From Botryllus schlosseri (lineage: Eukaryota): a stretch of 64,000 nucleotides of DNA. Positions 39,176 to 51,877 of this stretch are shown one piece after another. Positions within the stretch are counted from its first letter, which is position 1. Each line of letters begins with the position of its first letter. The notes beneath the pieces are model-generated. The model was not told the origin of the DNA and searched no databases. It saw only the letters and a program-made list of their open reading frames with translations. The position numbers and the translations under genes were made by a program. The stretch covers positions 26,102,001 through 26,166,000 of the forward strand of contig CM119375.1 in NCBI GenBank assembly GCA_051294905.1. Direction: 5' to 3'.

Positions 39176-41415
39176 CAGTGATCCCCAAACTGTATGCCGC
39201 TACAGATTCACAGGTGTGCCGCGAATCTTTCTAAGATTTTGGAAAAACACTGTATAATATTGAATGTAAGACACGCAGACAATCAGATGCGACTGAAAAG
39301 TTGTTTAACTTCATCGTCAAGCTGTAACCAGCATGTTCATTGTTAATTGCTCAATGTCCATGAAACTAATCAATGCAGTGCCGATGAATAGGGTAATTTT
39401 CGGCCCTGTGGATATAAAGCTGTATCAGTTGTACCGGCTGTATCAGCTGTATCACCCTGTGGATATAAAGCTGTATCAGCTGTATCACCCTGTGGATACA
39501 AAGCTGTATCAGCTGTATCACTCTGTGGATATAAAGCTGTATCAATCAGCTGTATCACCCTGTGGATATAAAGCTGTATCAGCTCTATCACTCTGTGGAT
39601 ATAAAGCTGTATCACCCTCTGGATATAAAGCTGTATCAGCTGTATCACTCTGTGGATATAAAGCTGTATCAGCTGTATCACTCTGTGGATATAACGCTGT
39701 ATCACCCTGTGGATATAAAGCTGTATCAGCTGTATCACAGCTGTATCAGCTGTATCCCGATCTTATAGGCCGATTTTATCATAAATTATTGAAAATTTTT
39801 TCCGCTTAACGCTGGCTCACTACACATTACAACAATAATTTCGTGGCAAAAGCGAACAACGTGATGGGGGACGGTTTATCACCCTATAAGAGCCCATGAT
39901 TCCAGTTTTTTTGGGGAGCCTGACGAAGTGCTGTTTCGTTCCTGCCAACGGGTATACACACCCGGAGATGTTTAATTAATTATTATTCGAGGGGTCCTAC
40001 CTTTTCAAACACACCTCACTCAGCTCTACCGGCCGGTAGCCTAAATTAGATTACGTGAGCAGAGAGACGTTATAAAAATTGATAGCAATCTATATGCAAT
40101 TCCCGATCATATATTGACCGACTCAATCATGAAATATAGAAATTTCTCTTTCTTCGCGCGTGTAGGCGAGAAGAGCTGACTCACTAAATGTGTGACAGCC
40201 TACTAGACTATTTCGCGCATCCCAGATATTGTATAGACCTGATACTAATTGCAGAGTGATACCTGGGTGAATCTCGGTACGGTTTGCCTATAATATGGGA
40301 GCAGCGATGATTCTCAAAGTTAAAGTAATTAAAAAAACTAATAATAAAAAAATCAAGAATTGTTTGAACACAAGACACCGATTCCATACAGGTAGAGTGA
40401 TACAGCTGATAGAGCCGTGTTACAGCTGATAGCTGATACAGTTTTATATCCACAGGGTGATACAGCTGATACAGCGTTATATCCACAGGATGATACAGCT
40501 GATACAGCTTTATATCCACAGGGTGATACAGCTGATTGATACAGCTTTATATCCACAGGGTGATACAGCTGATACAGCTTTATATCCACAGAGTGATACA
40601 GCTGATACAGCTGATGCAGCTGGTACAGCTGATGCAGCTTTATATCCACAGAGCCGTAATTTTCACATCACAACTGAACGGCTATGTCTGGATAAATTTC
40701 ATTGATTTGTCTCAAATCGACGCTGACTAGAAAACGCGCCGCAAATCATTAGCACGTTGTCTAGGAAATTGGCATTCAACTTACACTTGAACAATAGCCT
40801 ACTTCTCAGGATTTGCTGTGAACAGATATAGGTGGTTATTCAATCCATTTGGAAAGCACAGATCAAGCAATCATTTTGCAGAAGAAGAACAGCTCATTGA
40901 TTAACGAAACGTCCAGTTTTTTGAAACGCGATAAGTTTTCGAAGGCTCCTTCCGAATCGCATTTCATGATAAGTGCAATTAAATCTCATCGTCATTTGTA
41001 CCTGAATGGGTATGTGAACATGTTTTTTTTTCGTTTTGACTGAAATAATAAGTCGTAACCGAGCGGCAGCTGCTTGGAAAACAACGTAAGAGGTAAGACG
41101 GTTATGTTTGTCAACAATTGATCGTTTCGTCGTTTCAGTAGAATATGGGCCGTATGCACCAACATTGAACACGTTCACGTCTGATCGTCTGTTCGCTCGA
41201 ACATAACTCAAACGAAACATCTGTTCAAAATATTTCTCGATGCACCATCAATATTTAAACGGTTGGTGCATACGGCCCTATATGTTTGAATAAACAAGCA
41301 TAGCCATCGCATTAATACGTGAATAGATTTTAGAAGATACTTTCCTGTTAGTGTGCCGCGAGCGCTATATAATTTTTCTAGAGTGCCACAAGCCGAAATA
41401 GTTTGGCAACCACTG
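39176..41415. mobile_element. Older hAT (Charlie-like) element hosting the 39402-40655 foldback
   Basis: CAGTGATCCCCAAACT / AGTTTGGCAACCACTG termini with subterminal gtgtgccgcg motifs. The flanks match only 5/8. Confidence 0.5.
39402..40655. mobile_element. Non-autonomous foldback element (MULE/FB- or Merlin-like) with tandem-repeat arms and a 9-bp TSD
   Basis: Termini GGCCCTGTGGATATAAAGC / GCTTTATATCCACAGAGCC. GTAATTTTC is duplicated at 39393-39401 and 40656-40664. Arms at ~39402-39755 and ~40396-40655 are built from CTGTGGATATAAAG and CTGTATCA(G/C) modules (~33-bp unit), around a ~640-bp unique core. Confidence 0.88.
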
Positions 41416-42992
41416 CCGTAAAGAAATGTCATTGCCATGAACGTGGCTGATGCATCCCACGAATGATCACAGCGATGTTGCAAAGCTCCCGCAATGACAC
41501 GAATGTATGGCAACCACTATCCCCTGCATAAATTAGCCTAATACGGAGCGTATACCTTCAGTATTCGAAACATTGAATCTCAGGTAAGTTTTTTTTTATC
41601 GTTGCGTTTGGCGTAATAATTGATATGTGTCATAAACATACAGGACTCCTACAGTCATCATTACCGATACTATCCGTAAGTCACACATACCAACCGACAA
41701 TCTTAAGCATATGTTTACGATTGACAGTGGAGAAGGCTGTGTTGAATAACTTGTAACCATGAAACGGACAGGCTAATGCCATTGCTATCTCGTGTAGGTT
41801 TCGGTATTTTAAACCTGTCGAATAAAAATAGCCCATTCAGCCATCCCACGATTGCGTTGGCGCAGATTTCCTGACATGGCTATCGCTCCTCAGCAGGATT
41901 CGATAAGTTTTATTGTCATATATGTTGCTTTTCTTTTCTAAACGGTTATGGATTCAACAGGCGTGGCCTGGAGCTATTCGTACTAGTTTTACATGCTCAA
42001 TAAAACTTTAACCATCAGCATTGTCAGAGTCATCTATTCGCACTTTTCGATATGTAGGCGGAGATTAACTGTTGATGTGTATGCGTTGAATACGCGCTGA
42101 TGTTGACCATATATATACGCGCAGCACGCAAATTATTAGCAATTAGAAACTCGACGATCCCAGTGAGGCCTCAGAAACGTCATATAAGGCAACATATCAC
42201 GTACGGTGTGTTGATTTACCTTTACTGTCGGCTATAGAGAAAACACAAGAATGCAGATAGACTACGACGAAAAGAATTCATCTAAATCTCGAATTAATGC
42301 AAAAAATACAAAAACGAAATTGTAGCTAAGCAGGTTGTTCGGTTTCTACCGCCTCGGGTGATCTCAGCTAGACAGTCTCGGTAAAAGCAGAATAATCGTA
42401 TCGGTTAAATGTAGTTGTCATTGGTTCGAAATTTAGGCGGTGTCGGCTGTGAAAGTAACATGACCGGACTGACTAGTAGTGTCAGAGTATCGTTTGCCAC
42501 CGAGTACTAAAGCAGCATCTTGATTTGATTTACTTTATTTCAGATGCAATAGGCTATGTACTGGTAAAGCTGACCGTGTTTCTCTTATTGAACTTCAGGT
42601 CTACACGATTCCAGTATCGGCTGCAATGTGCAGAGTTCGTTAAGTCTAACTTCATTATTTCACATATATATGTCGAATATCAACGATTGTCACACTAAAA
42701 TTTCCGAGTATACTGTCAGATTTGGCTATATATGTTCATAAACTATATGTTTTGTTTCTGAAGCGATTTATGCGCATAATTAGCGCCACTGCGCTATGCT
42801 TTGTTGATATAACTTAATCGTTGTGTATCTGCGTTGCCGCACAAGCGGGCGTATAGGAACATATGCGCATAGCCAGGATGGGACTTAAGCGGTGATCAAA
42901 GCGGATTTTAGTTCCACTTACTCAATAATAGCGCATTATTTCATGACCGTCACACACTTTTTGCAGTGTGAATGTGCGTAATTTCTTTGATT

Positions 42993-43298
42993 TAGGGTTA
43001 CCTTACGTCCTCCTTTTTCGGGAAATTGGAAATGTCCTCCGAGGACGCCGAAATGTTCTCCTTTTCGAGAATCCACCCTCCTTTATAGCTTTGACAGCCA
43101 GGTTCATGGACATACAGAACTAAAAAAAACGCCATAAATGACGCAACATCTGCGATGCCGATGTTCGGGCTGGTCTTTCGGGAATAGGACTGGAAAATTT
43201 TAAACTTCTAGAATCGGCACTTTTCTGGTCCGGTATTCTGACTTTTGTTATTTGTAAAAGGTGTCCTTCTTTCCGAATACCAAAATATGGTAACCCTA
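42993..43298. mobile_element. hAT-type MITE
   Basis: TIR TAGGGTTACC / GGTAACCCTA. Flanks CTTTGATT / CTTTTATT match 7/8. Related pieces lie near 49575 and 59700-60058. Confidence 0.78.
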
Positions 43299-46200
43299 CT
43301 TTTATTATAATTATTTACTGATTGTGATGTTTGAAGCGCCCTTACAAGTCGGTATTCTTTTTAGAAGACACACACGGATTGTTTACAGATCTTGAATAGT
43401 CTTGAAGTATAGCTTTTAGAAAGTTGACTATTTTGGTTTTGGAAATCAGACCGCTGTCTGTCGCATCATCTCAAGTTTCCTTCGAAGAATCGGTATTCCA
43501 CGAGAAGCTCAAAAATGCCGTATTACGGATCACATATAATGTAAGTTCTCATATTTTCTATTCAACTCATACCTTAATCAAGTGTAATCGGTGCTGCGAA
43601 AGGTTTTTGGTGGCGTGATTGCGGAGTCACTTATTGAATCTGACAAGTTTATGACAGACCACTAATGTGCCGAGCTTACCGTGGAATAGGCATATGTAGG
43701 CCTACTGATGTCCAGATATGCGAATATTATTTGAGTGGGGCATTGTGCTTTGCAAGACTGAACTGAACACAATAGCACGTGCTTTGTATAACGTGTGGGG
43801 ATTAGCTGCTTAGCATGAGATATACCCTTCATTTAGTCGTTTCAATTCATCCTTATATTTTCCTTTTCACGCCACGTTGTTACATGACGAGAGGTATTGG
43901 TATTATCAGTAACCGCAATCAGAAAATATATATTGCCACGTAGCGTCGTCAATAAATAACCGGTGTAGCAGAATGGATGCTATCTTATACAATACAGCTG
44001 GAAGAATTATAGGGCCTACAAAATTTCAAACTGTACGAATGTACGCGTACCGTACCGGTTATTCACTACATCTTCAGCAATTAACTTTTTATCTTTGGGG
44101 TCGAAAGAATCAAAATACTTTTGATTCGACAAGAATTCGTCGCGACGGGAGATGTGTGTACTTATACACATGTAAATGTAATATATCTTCAATTCTTCAT
44201 CTCTTAGGTAGTGCACTGTATCTGTGAAATGTTTTGTAAGTTTGTTCTGTGGTGTATAGTCAAGCGCTACAAATATAACGTTCAGTATCATATTCCCAGA
44301 GCTTAATCAAACGCCTTATAACATAGAACGACCATAAAGTGCATTGACGCTGATATCCCAGCCGTATGCAGTGTGCGCTGCATTCTTTATCCACCCGGTA
44401 CCACGCTGGCAACCACAATTTTATCGTTTGATCAGTTGAATGTATAGCCTCCGGTAATTCAGGTCTCCGTTCTGGCATTACACAGCGTCGTAACTTGATG
44501 AATCAATATTTCGGCCAGCATTAAACGCGAACACGTATGAACTATACCCCGGTATGTTCGTACCTGATACACTCCGTGATTTGTGTGGATTTCCCCAGGG
44601 TTAGTGCGACCGAGTTCAGAATGAGGACAGTCGGTGTGCACTGTCCGTTGTACAATAACGTTAGTCGAATGCACAATAACGACAATCGCTAAGTGCAAAA
44701 TAAGGAGAGTTCCGTACAAAATCAAAATCTTTATTTCCAATTCATATTTTTAGGCGTTTACCCATTCTTCAAAAAAAGAAAAACAAAATCGCAATGTTGA
44801 CGTTTCCCCTCAATATACGTGCACTACAGATCATGTACCTTATTGTTCACATAGCACAATATTGCTTATGTGCAGTATACTCTCACGGAATTTTATGACA
44901 TCACCAAACCGGTTAGCGTTACAAGTAACTATCAACGACCTTTTGTAACGGAACCAGCTAAAAATACGACATTTGCGATAAGAATGGGCTGACTAAAAAT
45001 TTGAATCTGACCACTGACTATATACTGTCGGATCATCACTTTGTGTTGTGGAGTAATCGCATCAACTTCAACATTCTACGCCGGATTAAAATATATTCCA
45101 TAATAATCCAAACATTGTCGAAGTTCAGGTTTTGCTGAAGAAGGACAACGAGCACAAAGACTTGTGTTGGCCTATACCTAAAACATGGCCCTTGCTTAAA
45201 ACATGTTTTTGAATCTTTCCTTGTGACGTCACAGTGGATTGCCATTGGCAGTTGAAAATATAGGGTAAACAAGGCTCCTTCGACGAAAAGGGCTTCCGAC
45301 CACTGTTATAAACAGACCAAAAAATATCTCCAGCAACGACTACATCGTTATGTAGCATTTTTACGGTCGGTGGTCATCATCATCAGAACACCCATTCCGT
45401 ACCAAAAATCTATATCTACTTGCTACCGACTACGATTTCGAGGTTTCCAGACACTCCATATCGTATACGTCGACTATATTGTTTTTCGAAACTATTTAAA
45501 CAATTATGGCATAATTATGCAACGTTTGAAAAAAGCGACATTTTTTTTTAAAAGGCATATGTTTAAAACATGTTTTAAACAAAGTGCTTTAAAACACCGT
45601 TTGTTTTAAATGCAACCCTATCTCTACCAGCAATTGCTTCCGAGATGTTTCACGCTGTTTTCGTCATATAATGCCTGGTAATGCGTCCAGCAGCAGGATA
45701 TATGATATCGTTATTAGGAAACGACAGAATGTTTATTGTATATTGTACAACCTTGATGTGTATCCAACCACGTCTAACCCAATTATTATTATTATAGTCG
45801 GCATTATCCGAATGTTGTTCTCAATTGCACTCTATCTTTTAGTAAGGATACATTGATGTTGTGCTGTTTGTGAGATATATATTATAGCGTATATTCAGTT
45901 GATTTTATTTCGAGCCAGTGCATCCTATGAGTTGACAGCTGCACAACTTCGAATGAGACGAACGGCGTTATTGCTTATGAGACCACATTGACCAGCTATC
46001 AACGATCAGGCTGTCGCTGGAGTTCACGACCAGTAATTGGGATTTAGTGTCACGAATACAAATACTGTTATGGGCAGTCCACTCAACAATTGATCGCGGG
46101 CTAACTAACAGTAATAATAAATGTGCAAGCGAAATGGTCAGTGTCGTCCGCGAATATTTTGAAGATATCATTATTCTTTCACAACTAAAATAAAAAAAGG

Positions 46201-49200
46201 CCAAGTACTTACTCCTACACGACAAGTAGGCTAACCATGTAGACGATAGCAAGACACTGGAGATTGAAACCATTTGTTGGCGAGCAATGAGTTAAATGTA
46301 TAGCTGCTGTGGACTATGAAATCTGTAAAGCCGTAATTTTGAAAGGATATTGCTGTGATCCACGTAGTCGAACGCTCTTCTTTATTCAAGAAAAGTGCTA
46401 CCACCTACCACCCGTTTCATTGAGATGGGAGAAGAGAAAGTTCAACCCGTTACTAAAAGCCCAGCCTATATAGTAATACGTGGCAAATATTCGACATCGC
46501 AAGTATGCAGGGAAAATGATATTAAAATTATATTCTTTATAACGCAAATCAAACGTAAACCACACAACCTATAAAAAGATAGTCCGTCTTCCATCATATA
46601 CCAGAATATATCGCGTAGCGTGAACGCAATGGGCGTATCCCCAAATTGTTGGGAGCTGATATTTTTGACGCCCCTTTGTTAAATAGCATGGTGTTGCCAC
46701 CCCTATAACACTACGTCGTACTTTCGTGTAAGTCATTCAGACTTACGATGCCAACAGGTCATTCGGTATATAGTAAATAGTATCCGATACGGGCTTTGGA
46801 CTTCTATATGAGATTGTTTTGCACTTGCTTGGCAAATAAAGCGTTTCTTCGGTCTTGTCTTTCCATTCAACAGAGCTAGACCAATTAAAATGTTTCTCAG
46901 ACAGCAGCATACAGAGGCCGTTAGGCATATCTATCTCAATTCGAATTAAATCAGGCCGTGGGTTATACTGTATAGGACTTATATGGGGTCTAGTGTGAAA
47001 TTCCCGTTGCAATCAGGCAGATGCGATTGGATTGAGAAATTACAGATGATACAGGTACTACCGATCAATATATCTTGAGTGGCCTTTTAGATGTCACTTC
47101 AAGGTATAGCTTCTGCTCCAACCGATCATTTTCAAAATGATGGATGGTGTTCTTTCTGTACTGGTATCAATTTAAAGTAGACAGCAGGGATGTAAAGTTT
47201 GTATATACTTTGCATAGGTCGTAATGACACTGGTCGTCGTAGTATCTCGGATTTGAACGTTACGTGTCAAACAAATATTGAATCTACGGAATGCCGAAGT
47301 TTGCCATTCATATTTCTAATATCTTTACCACTTGTAAGCGTATAACAAATTGAGAATACAGCGACAACCACTCTTAGTTTAGAAGACCCGATCCCTAACA
47401 TAACACATTGTAAGATATGCAATATGCATGCATAGTAGTTGGCATCTGACACTGGTAGCATTATTTCGATTCTAGGCTCCATCTAATGTAGGCATGAATT
47501 GTGTTCGACGTTCGTGCGTTAGTAAAGGACAATCGCGATGGTATCACACAACAGAAAAGGCCAGCAATCTGAGATCGAACCGAAACATGAAGGTGAAACT
47601 ATTGTAATGGTATACTGAAGATGTTACTGGACTCAGTTGTACATATGGGCTTAGTTCTTTGCAAAAGTCAAGAGTAATCGCATTAATGTGATGGGTGTGT
47701 TGGGTCATACTCAGGACAGACAGTTATTTGGCATATCATGCAGCCGCTCAGTTTCCGGAGAGAAATATTCGTTGAATACAACCAATCGGTTTATTTATAT
47801 TGATTAGATTTACATATAATACATATACTTGGAAGAATATTTGATTGCTTGTGTTCTGGTGAATTCAACTGCGCCGAACGCGGCGTATGAAGCCAAGAGA
47901 GGAAGAACTCATCGTCGACATCCCGATGCGGTAACAATATTCTACCTTGACCACTTACTACTCATTTCTGTGTATAATAAGCCAGAAATTGCTCCTTCGC
48001 GCAGCGTTTATAGAACCTGTCAATCAATGACAAGTGCGAATATTACGATCGATGGCAAATCGAGATACAATAATTACAAATCTTTGTCACGTAATCGTAC
48101 TACCGGTCTATATATGCATTATGCAATGATGTTTGCTGAACCCTTAGTTTTTTGGTCTTCCTTATGACCGACAAGCAGATTTGTCTTAATCTGGTGATAC
48201 ATTATTTCAAAAGCAATACATTATTGCAGCAATATCTCAATAATGATGATGATTTTGTATATCATAATCACTGTTAGCATGCGCTCCTTTAACGTCTTGT
48301 CGTCAACAGTTGGGATGATGTAGTAAATGGCTACATAATGTTCGATGTCCTTGATTGGCCTAAAAATATCTTTGGATGCGTCGTATGGCCCATGCATTAT
48401 GCATATTGACGATAATGTTAATATCGCTATTTGTTTGTATCGCAGTGTGTGTGCGTATCACTATTCTTCATCCTAATTAACAGCAACGGGTTCTTTTAAA
48501 TATTTGCTGTTTTGAACGTTCCAATCGGTCTGAGAATTTAATATCCCTTCTTACAGAGAAGACTACCCAGCGCAGACCATTGCCAACCTAAAGCATTCGA
48601 ATGTTTTTCCTCTCGTGATTGACCAATGGCTGTTGTCCGTATTAATTGATTCAGTGCTATGCACCGTCTGTATCATCGGACTCAGATTTCGTCATTGTTT
48701 CGACGGGTGCGTTTTTGTCATTGTCTTCGTATCGTCACGTCGAATACGTATCCTACAATTCTACCGGACCGTACGCACAGTTGTACGTACGTGTAGTATT
48801 TGATACGCAGACTACTGGCACAATTACGAGGGTACATTTTGAAAACATACCAGGCATTTCACCATGACACTTTGTCGCATTTGCAGAATTTTAATGCGCT
48901 GCATTCAATTTCTGTCGTGTTGTAGCTAGGGTTGCATTCAAAACAAACGGTGTTTTAAAACACTTTGCTACGTATAATTTGTTATTGACAATACCCATGC
49001 GTTAGCCTACTTAGTATACAGAAAAGCCATCAGTCAAAAACATAGTTGTCTATATGATCGGATAAGCAGTGCATGTGGAACAACCTGTATAGTCCCACAC
49101 CAGCTTGGATACTTTCGTATCAAAAAGGCAGAAGCCCTTAAGTTTTTACCCAATTCTTTCTACATTTCGCATAGAAGTGTTGAAATGACTAACGTCCGAG

Positions 49201-50489
49201 GTTAAATACCAATACTGATCTGGTATATATTCATGTTGTTTAAATATGTATCATCGGACTGCCAAAAAGCAGGGTTGTAATTGTATGTCATAATGCTTTG
49301 AGTCACAATAAGTCAATCTCACTTTTATAGTTTTGACTCGTGCCTAGCCGAGTCATTTTCAATTCACCACCGAGTCAAGTACAAGTCCTATCCTGAGAGC
49401 AGAGGGTCAAGCCCGAGTCATAGTGCTGAAACTCGAATCCTAGTTCAAGTTTCCTGTTCACTTTCGAGTTCAAGTCATGTTCAGTCCACTTTTAAAAGAT
49501 ATGATTGGGTGACAATCGAATTCTTCACATTCATAACATATAATAATTTTACTCACTCTTAACATTTTCTGACTCTATTTTTCAAGTACCAGTACTAGAG
49601 TTACCATATTTTGGAATCGGGAAAGGACGACATTTTTACCAATTCAGAAAAGTTGGTTGATCAAAACTGAAATCAGCCGATTTCGCAATTTTTGCTGAAA
49701 AATCTGGTGGGTTTACTAAAAAAAAAGCTTACGATCGAACCGAGAAGTTCCTCAGAGGTGGTCAAAGTAGTCAAGAAAGCTACTCAAGTAGAAGTAGAAG
49801 TAGCGACGAAAAAAATCTACTAAAGTACGAGTAGAAGTACTTCTTTCATAAGCAACCTAAAATTACTTCAAGTAGAAGTAGAATAAACTGACTTTAAATC
49901 TACTCAAGTAAGTAAGTAGTGGTGAAAACGATCGTAATTCGTTCGCATGGCCAGTCAAAAGCTGCAAATTGAGCTATGCGAAAGGTGCTGAGCTTGATTC
50001 ATATTGATCCATACCAGGAGGTAGCCAATTTTCGACAGCATATAAGCATTCGTCCGCATCATGAAATTAAAATGATAGTATTGATATGGAAATGCGATAT
50101 TAATCCTCTGTTTACTCGAACAGCCCGTTTTAGAAAATATCATGGTATGGCGCCCTCCCCATATTATAAGGCTCGTAGTTTAGTCAAAGAGCAATACGGA
50201 AAAGTTGTATCGGATACGATGTAAACACTTTGCGCGATTAGTAAACGTTAATAAAAATATTGTGTATCGTAAAAATGCCATATTGTATAGCTGTATTTCC
50301 GGGAATTAAAGGCATTACTACACTTGCTTTTATACTTCAACATGTATGTTCTCCAGACAAAAGAACTGAAACTAATTAGAACTCATAGTATGATACTGAG
50401 AATTGAAAATAGTACCTGAAAATAGTACATTGAACGCTCTCTCATTCGAAATTTCATGCTGGTGACGTCATATTTTGGGATAATACAAT

Positions 50490-50605
50490 TGTTGATATAC
50501 AATGTTCTTTCCCATTCTCTACTAGTTGGTGACGATTACCCCTGACGAGTGTCGGTCGAAAATATTCGGGTTTATTTCAATATGAATATACTATTCAATT
50601 GTATA
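50490..50605 (+). repeat. ~100-bp hammerhead-bearing dispersed repeat, best copy
   Basis: ttctctactagttggtgacgattaccc-[HHR]-ttatttcaatatgaatatactattcaattg is shared with copies near 2521, 11485, 15548, 20800, 21010 and 27147. Confidence 0.8.
50538..50571 (+). ncRNA. Minimal type-I hammerhead ribozyme motif (Penelope-type), intact core
   Basis: ACCC (stem I, 50538-41), CUGACGA (50542-48), G..7-nt loop..C (50549/50557), GAAA (50558-61), palindromic stem III AAUAUU (50561-66), C17 (50567), GGGU (stem I, 50568-71). All conserved core nucleotides are present in the right order and spacing. Confidence 0.72.
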
Positions 50606-51550
50606 TGAAAGATAAATATAAATACTAATTCTAACAGCGGAAAATGTATTTCATGTCTTTAGTCCAGAAAGTTTCAAATGTGGTATGCTAAAACAGGTCT
50701 AAAGCTAAAATAAAGTCAGAGTCCACTTTTCCCGATTAAAACACGCCATGGACTGCTAGATTGCGATATGATAAGTAAATGCTAGATTGCAAGACATCAG
50801 TTTCAAACGTTGGCCATATATACTGTGATGAAATATTTTATACGGGCGACAATGCGATGTGAACGGAACCACGCAACCAGCTACCTAAATTATATTCACC
50901 GATACTTTGGTGAAATCATAATGATCACTCAATATCCACTGTGCGCGAAGTGCGACGAAAATTCTGTGCTTTACTCAATATTTATGAGTTAAATGATCCT
51001 GATTGGAGGATTAAACTACTTCTATTTGACAAACTGAAAATAGCGAAAAGTCATGTAAGAAGATCACAAAATATTACGAAGTAGAAGTAGCAGGAAATTA
51101 GATCTACTTGAGTAAGTACCCAAGTAGTGGAAACCTACTTGAGTAGCCTACTTCAAAAAAGTAGAAGTGCTTCGTTACCGACCACCTCCGAGTTCCTGTT
51201 TAGCGTTACTTATGGCCATTTTTACTCGAATCTATCCATTATCCTAGCTGTAAAAGCTGTAAAGGAGGATAGTCGATAGTCGGAGTCTTGGAGACACACC
51301 ACTTTTGGTCGAGTCATTCGCGAGCCGTTTCGACACCTTCCTATTTAGACATATATAGTACAAAACGGCATGGAATAAAGTAAAATTGTATCGTAACTAG
51401 ATGTTGGAGAATTACATTACTTAACAAAATTACGTAACTTGACAAATGTTTTTAAAGAAATATAGGCTTCAACAAAGTTCAAGAAAAAAATCACTTGAGA
51501 AAGTAGGAATATTGAGAGACGTGCCTGTTCCGCTCGGTCCGCCGTTTAGT

Positions 51551-51877
51551 ATCAATCAATCAATCAGTTTATAAATATTTTCATCATTTCAAAACATCAC
51601 AAGACTGCGATACAATGAAAAGATAGGAAGGTATCGAAACAACTTGGAGTACCCTTCAAGATCAGACATCCACCTTGGCCTGGGCGAAGTAAAGAAGAGG
51701 CGTGCACACTGAATGAAAAGTAATGCAGAGAATATAAGACGCAATCAATCAATCAGGTTTATTAATATTTTCATCTTTTCAAAACATCACAAGACTGCGT
51801 TACAATGAAAAGACAGGAGGGTGTTGAAACAACTTGGAGTAGCCTTTAAGATCAGACACCCACCTTAGCCCAAGCGA
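51551..51877 (-). mobile_element. Two head-to-tail 3' ends of the same LINE family
   Basis: Segments 51551-51742 and 51743-51877 each match the 3' UTR at 34338-34520 and each has its own (ATTG)n tail. Confidence 0.85.

Larger units (their letters stand above)
49753..51190. mobile_element. hAT-like non-autonomous element with AGTAGAAGTA subterminal repeats, carrying the intact hammerhead copy
   Basis: TIR CAGAGGTGGTC / GACCACCTCCG. AGTTCCT directly abuts both ends (49746-49752 and 51191-51197). Related termini lie near 10063 and 26833. Confidence 0.72.

Noticed and set aside
39915-39945. CTGACGA plus gtttcg in the foldback core as another hammerhead
   Set aside because: There is no GAAA in the right place on the same strand and no stems, so the core elements are split between strands.
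39402-40655. TATATCCACA motifs resembling bacterial DnaA boxes, and a possible CRISPR-like repeat array
   Set aside because: The context is eukaryotic, the motif mismatches the TTATCCACA consensus, there are no unique spacers between repeats and no cas genes, and the array is bounded by a TSD.
39333-40730. Repeat ORFs (HPVDIKLYQLY, IQLIQLYIHRV and similar) on both strands
   Set aside because: They are a by-product of a ~33-bp (multiple-of-three) tandem unit in the foldback arms. There is no domain or splice support.
48557-48867. Exon-like segment after a good acceptor with protein-like text in two frames
   Set aside because: It needs a frameshift, no domain is recognised and no partner exons were found. 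It cannot be supported without a homology search.
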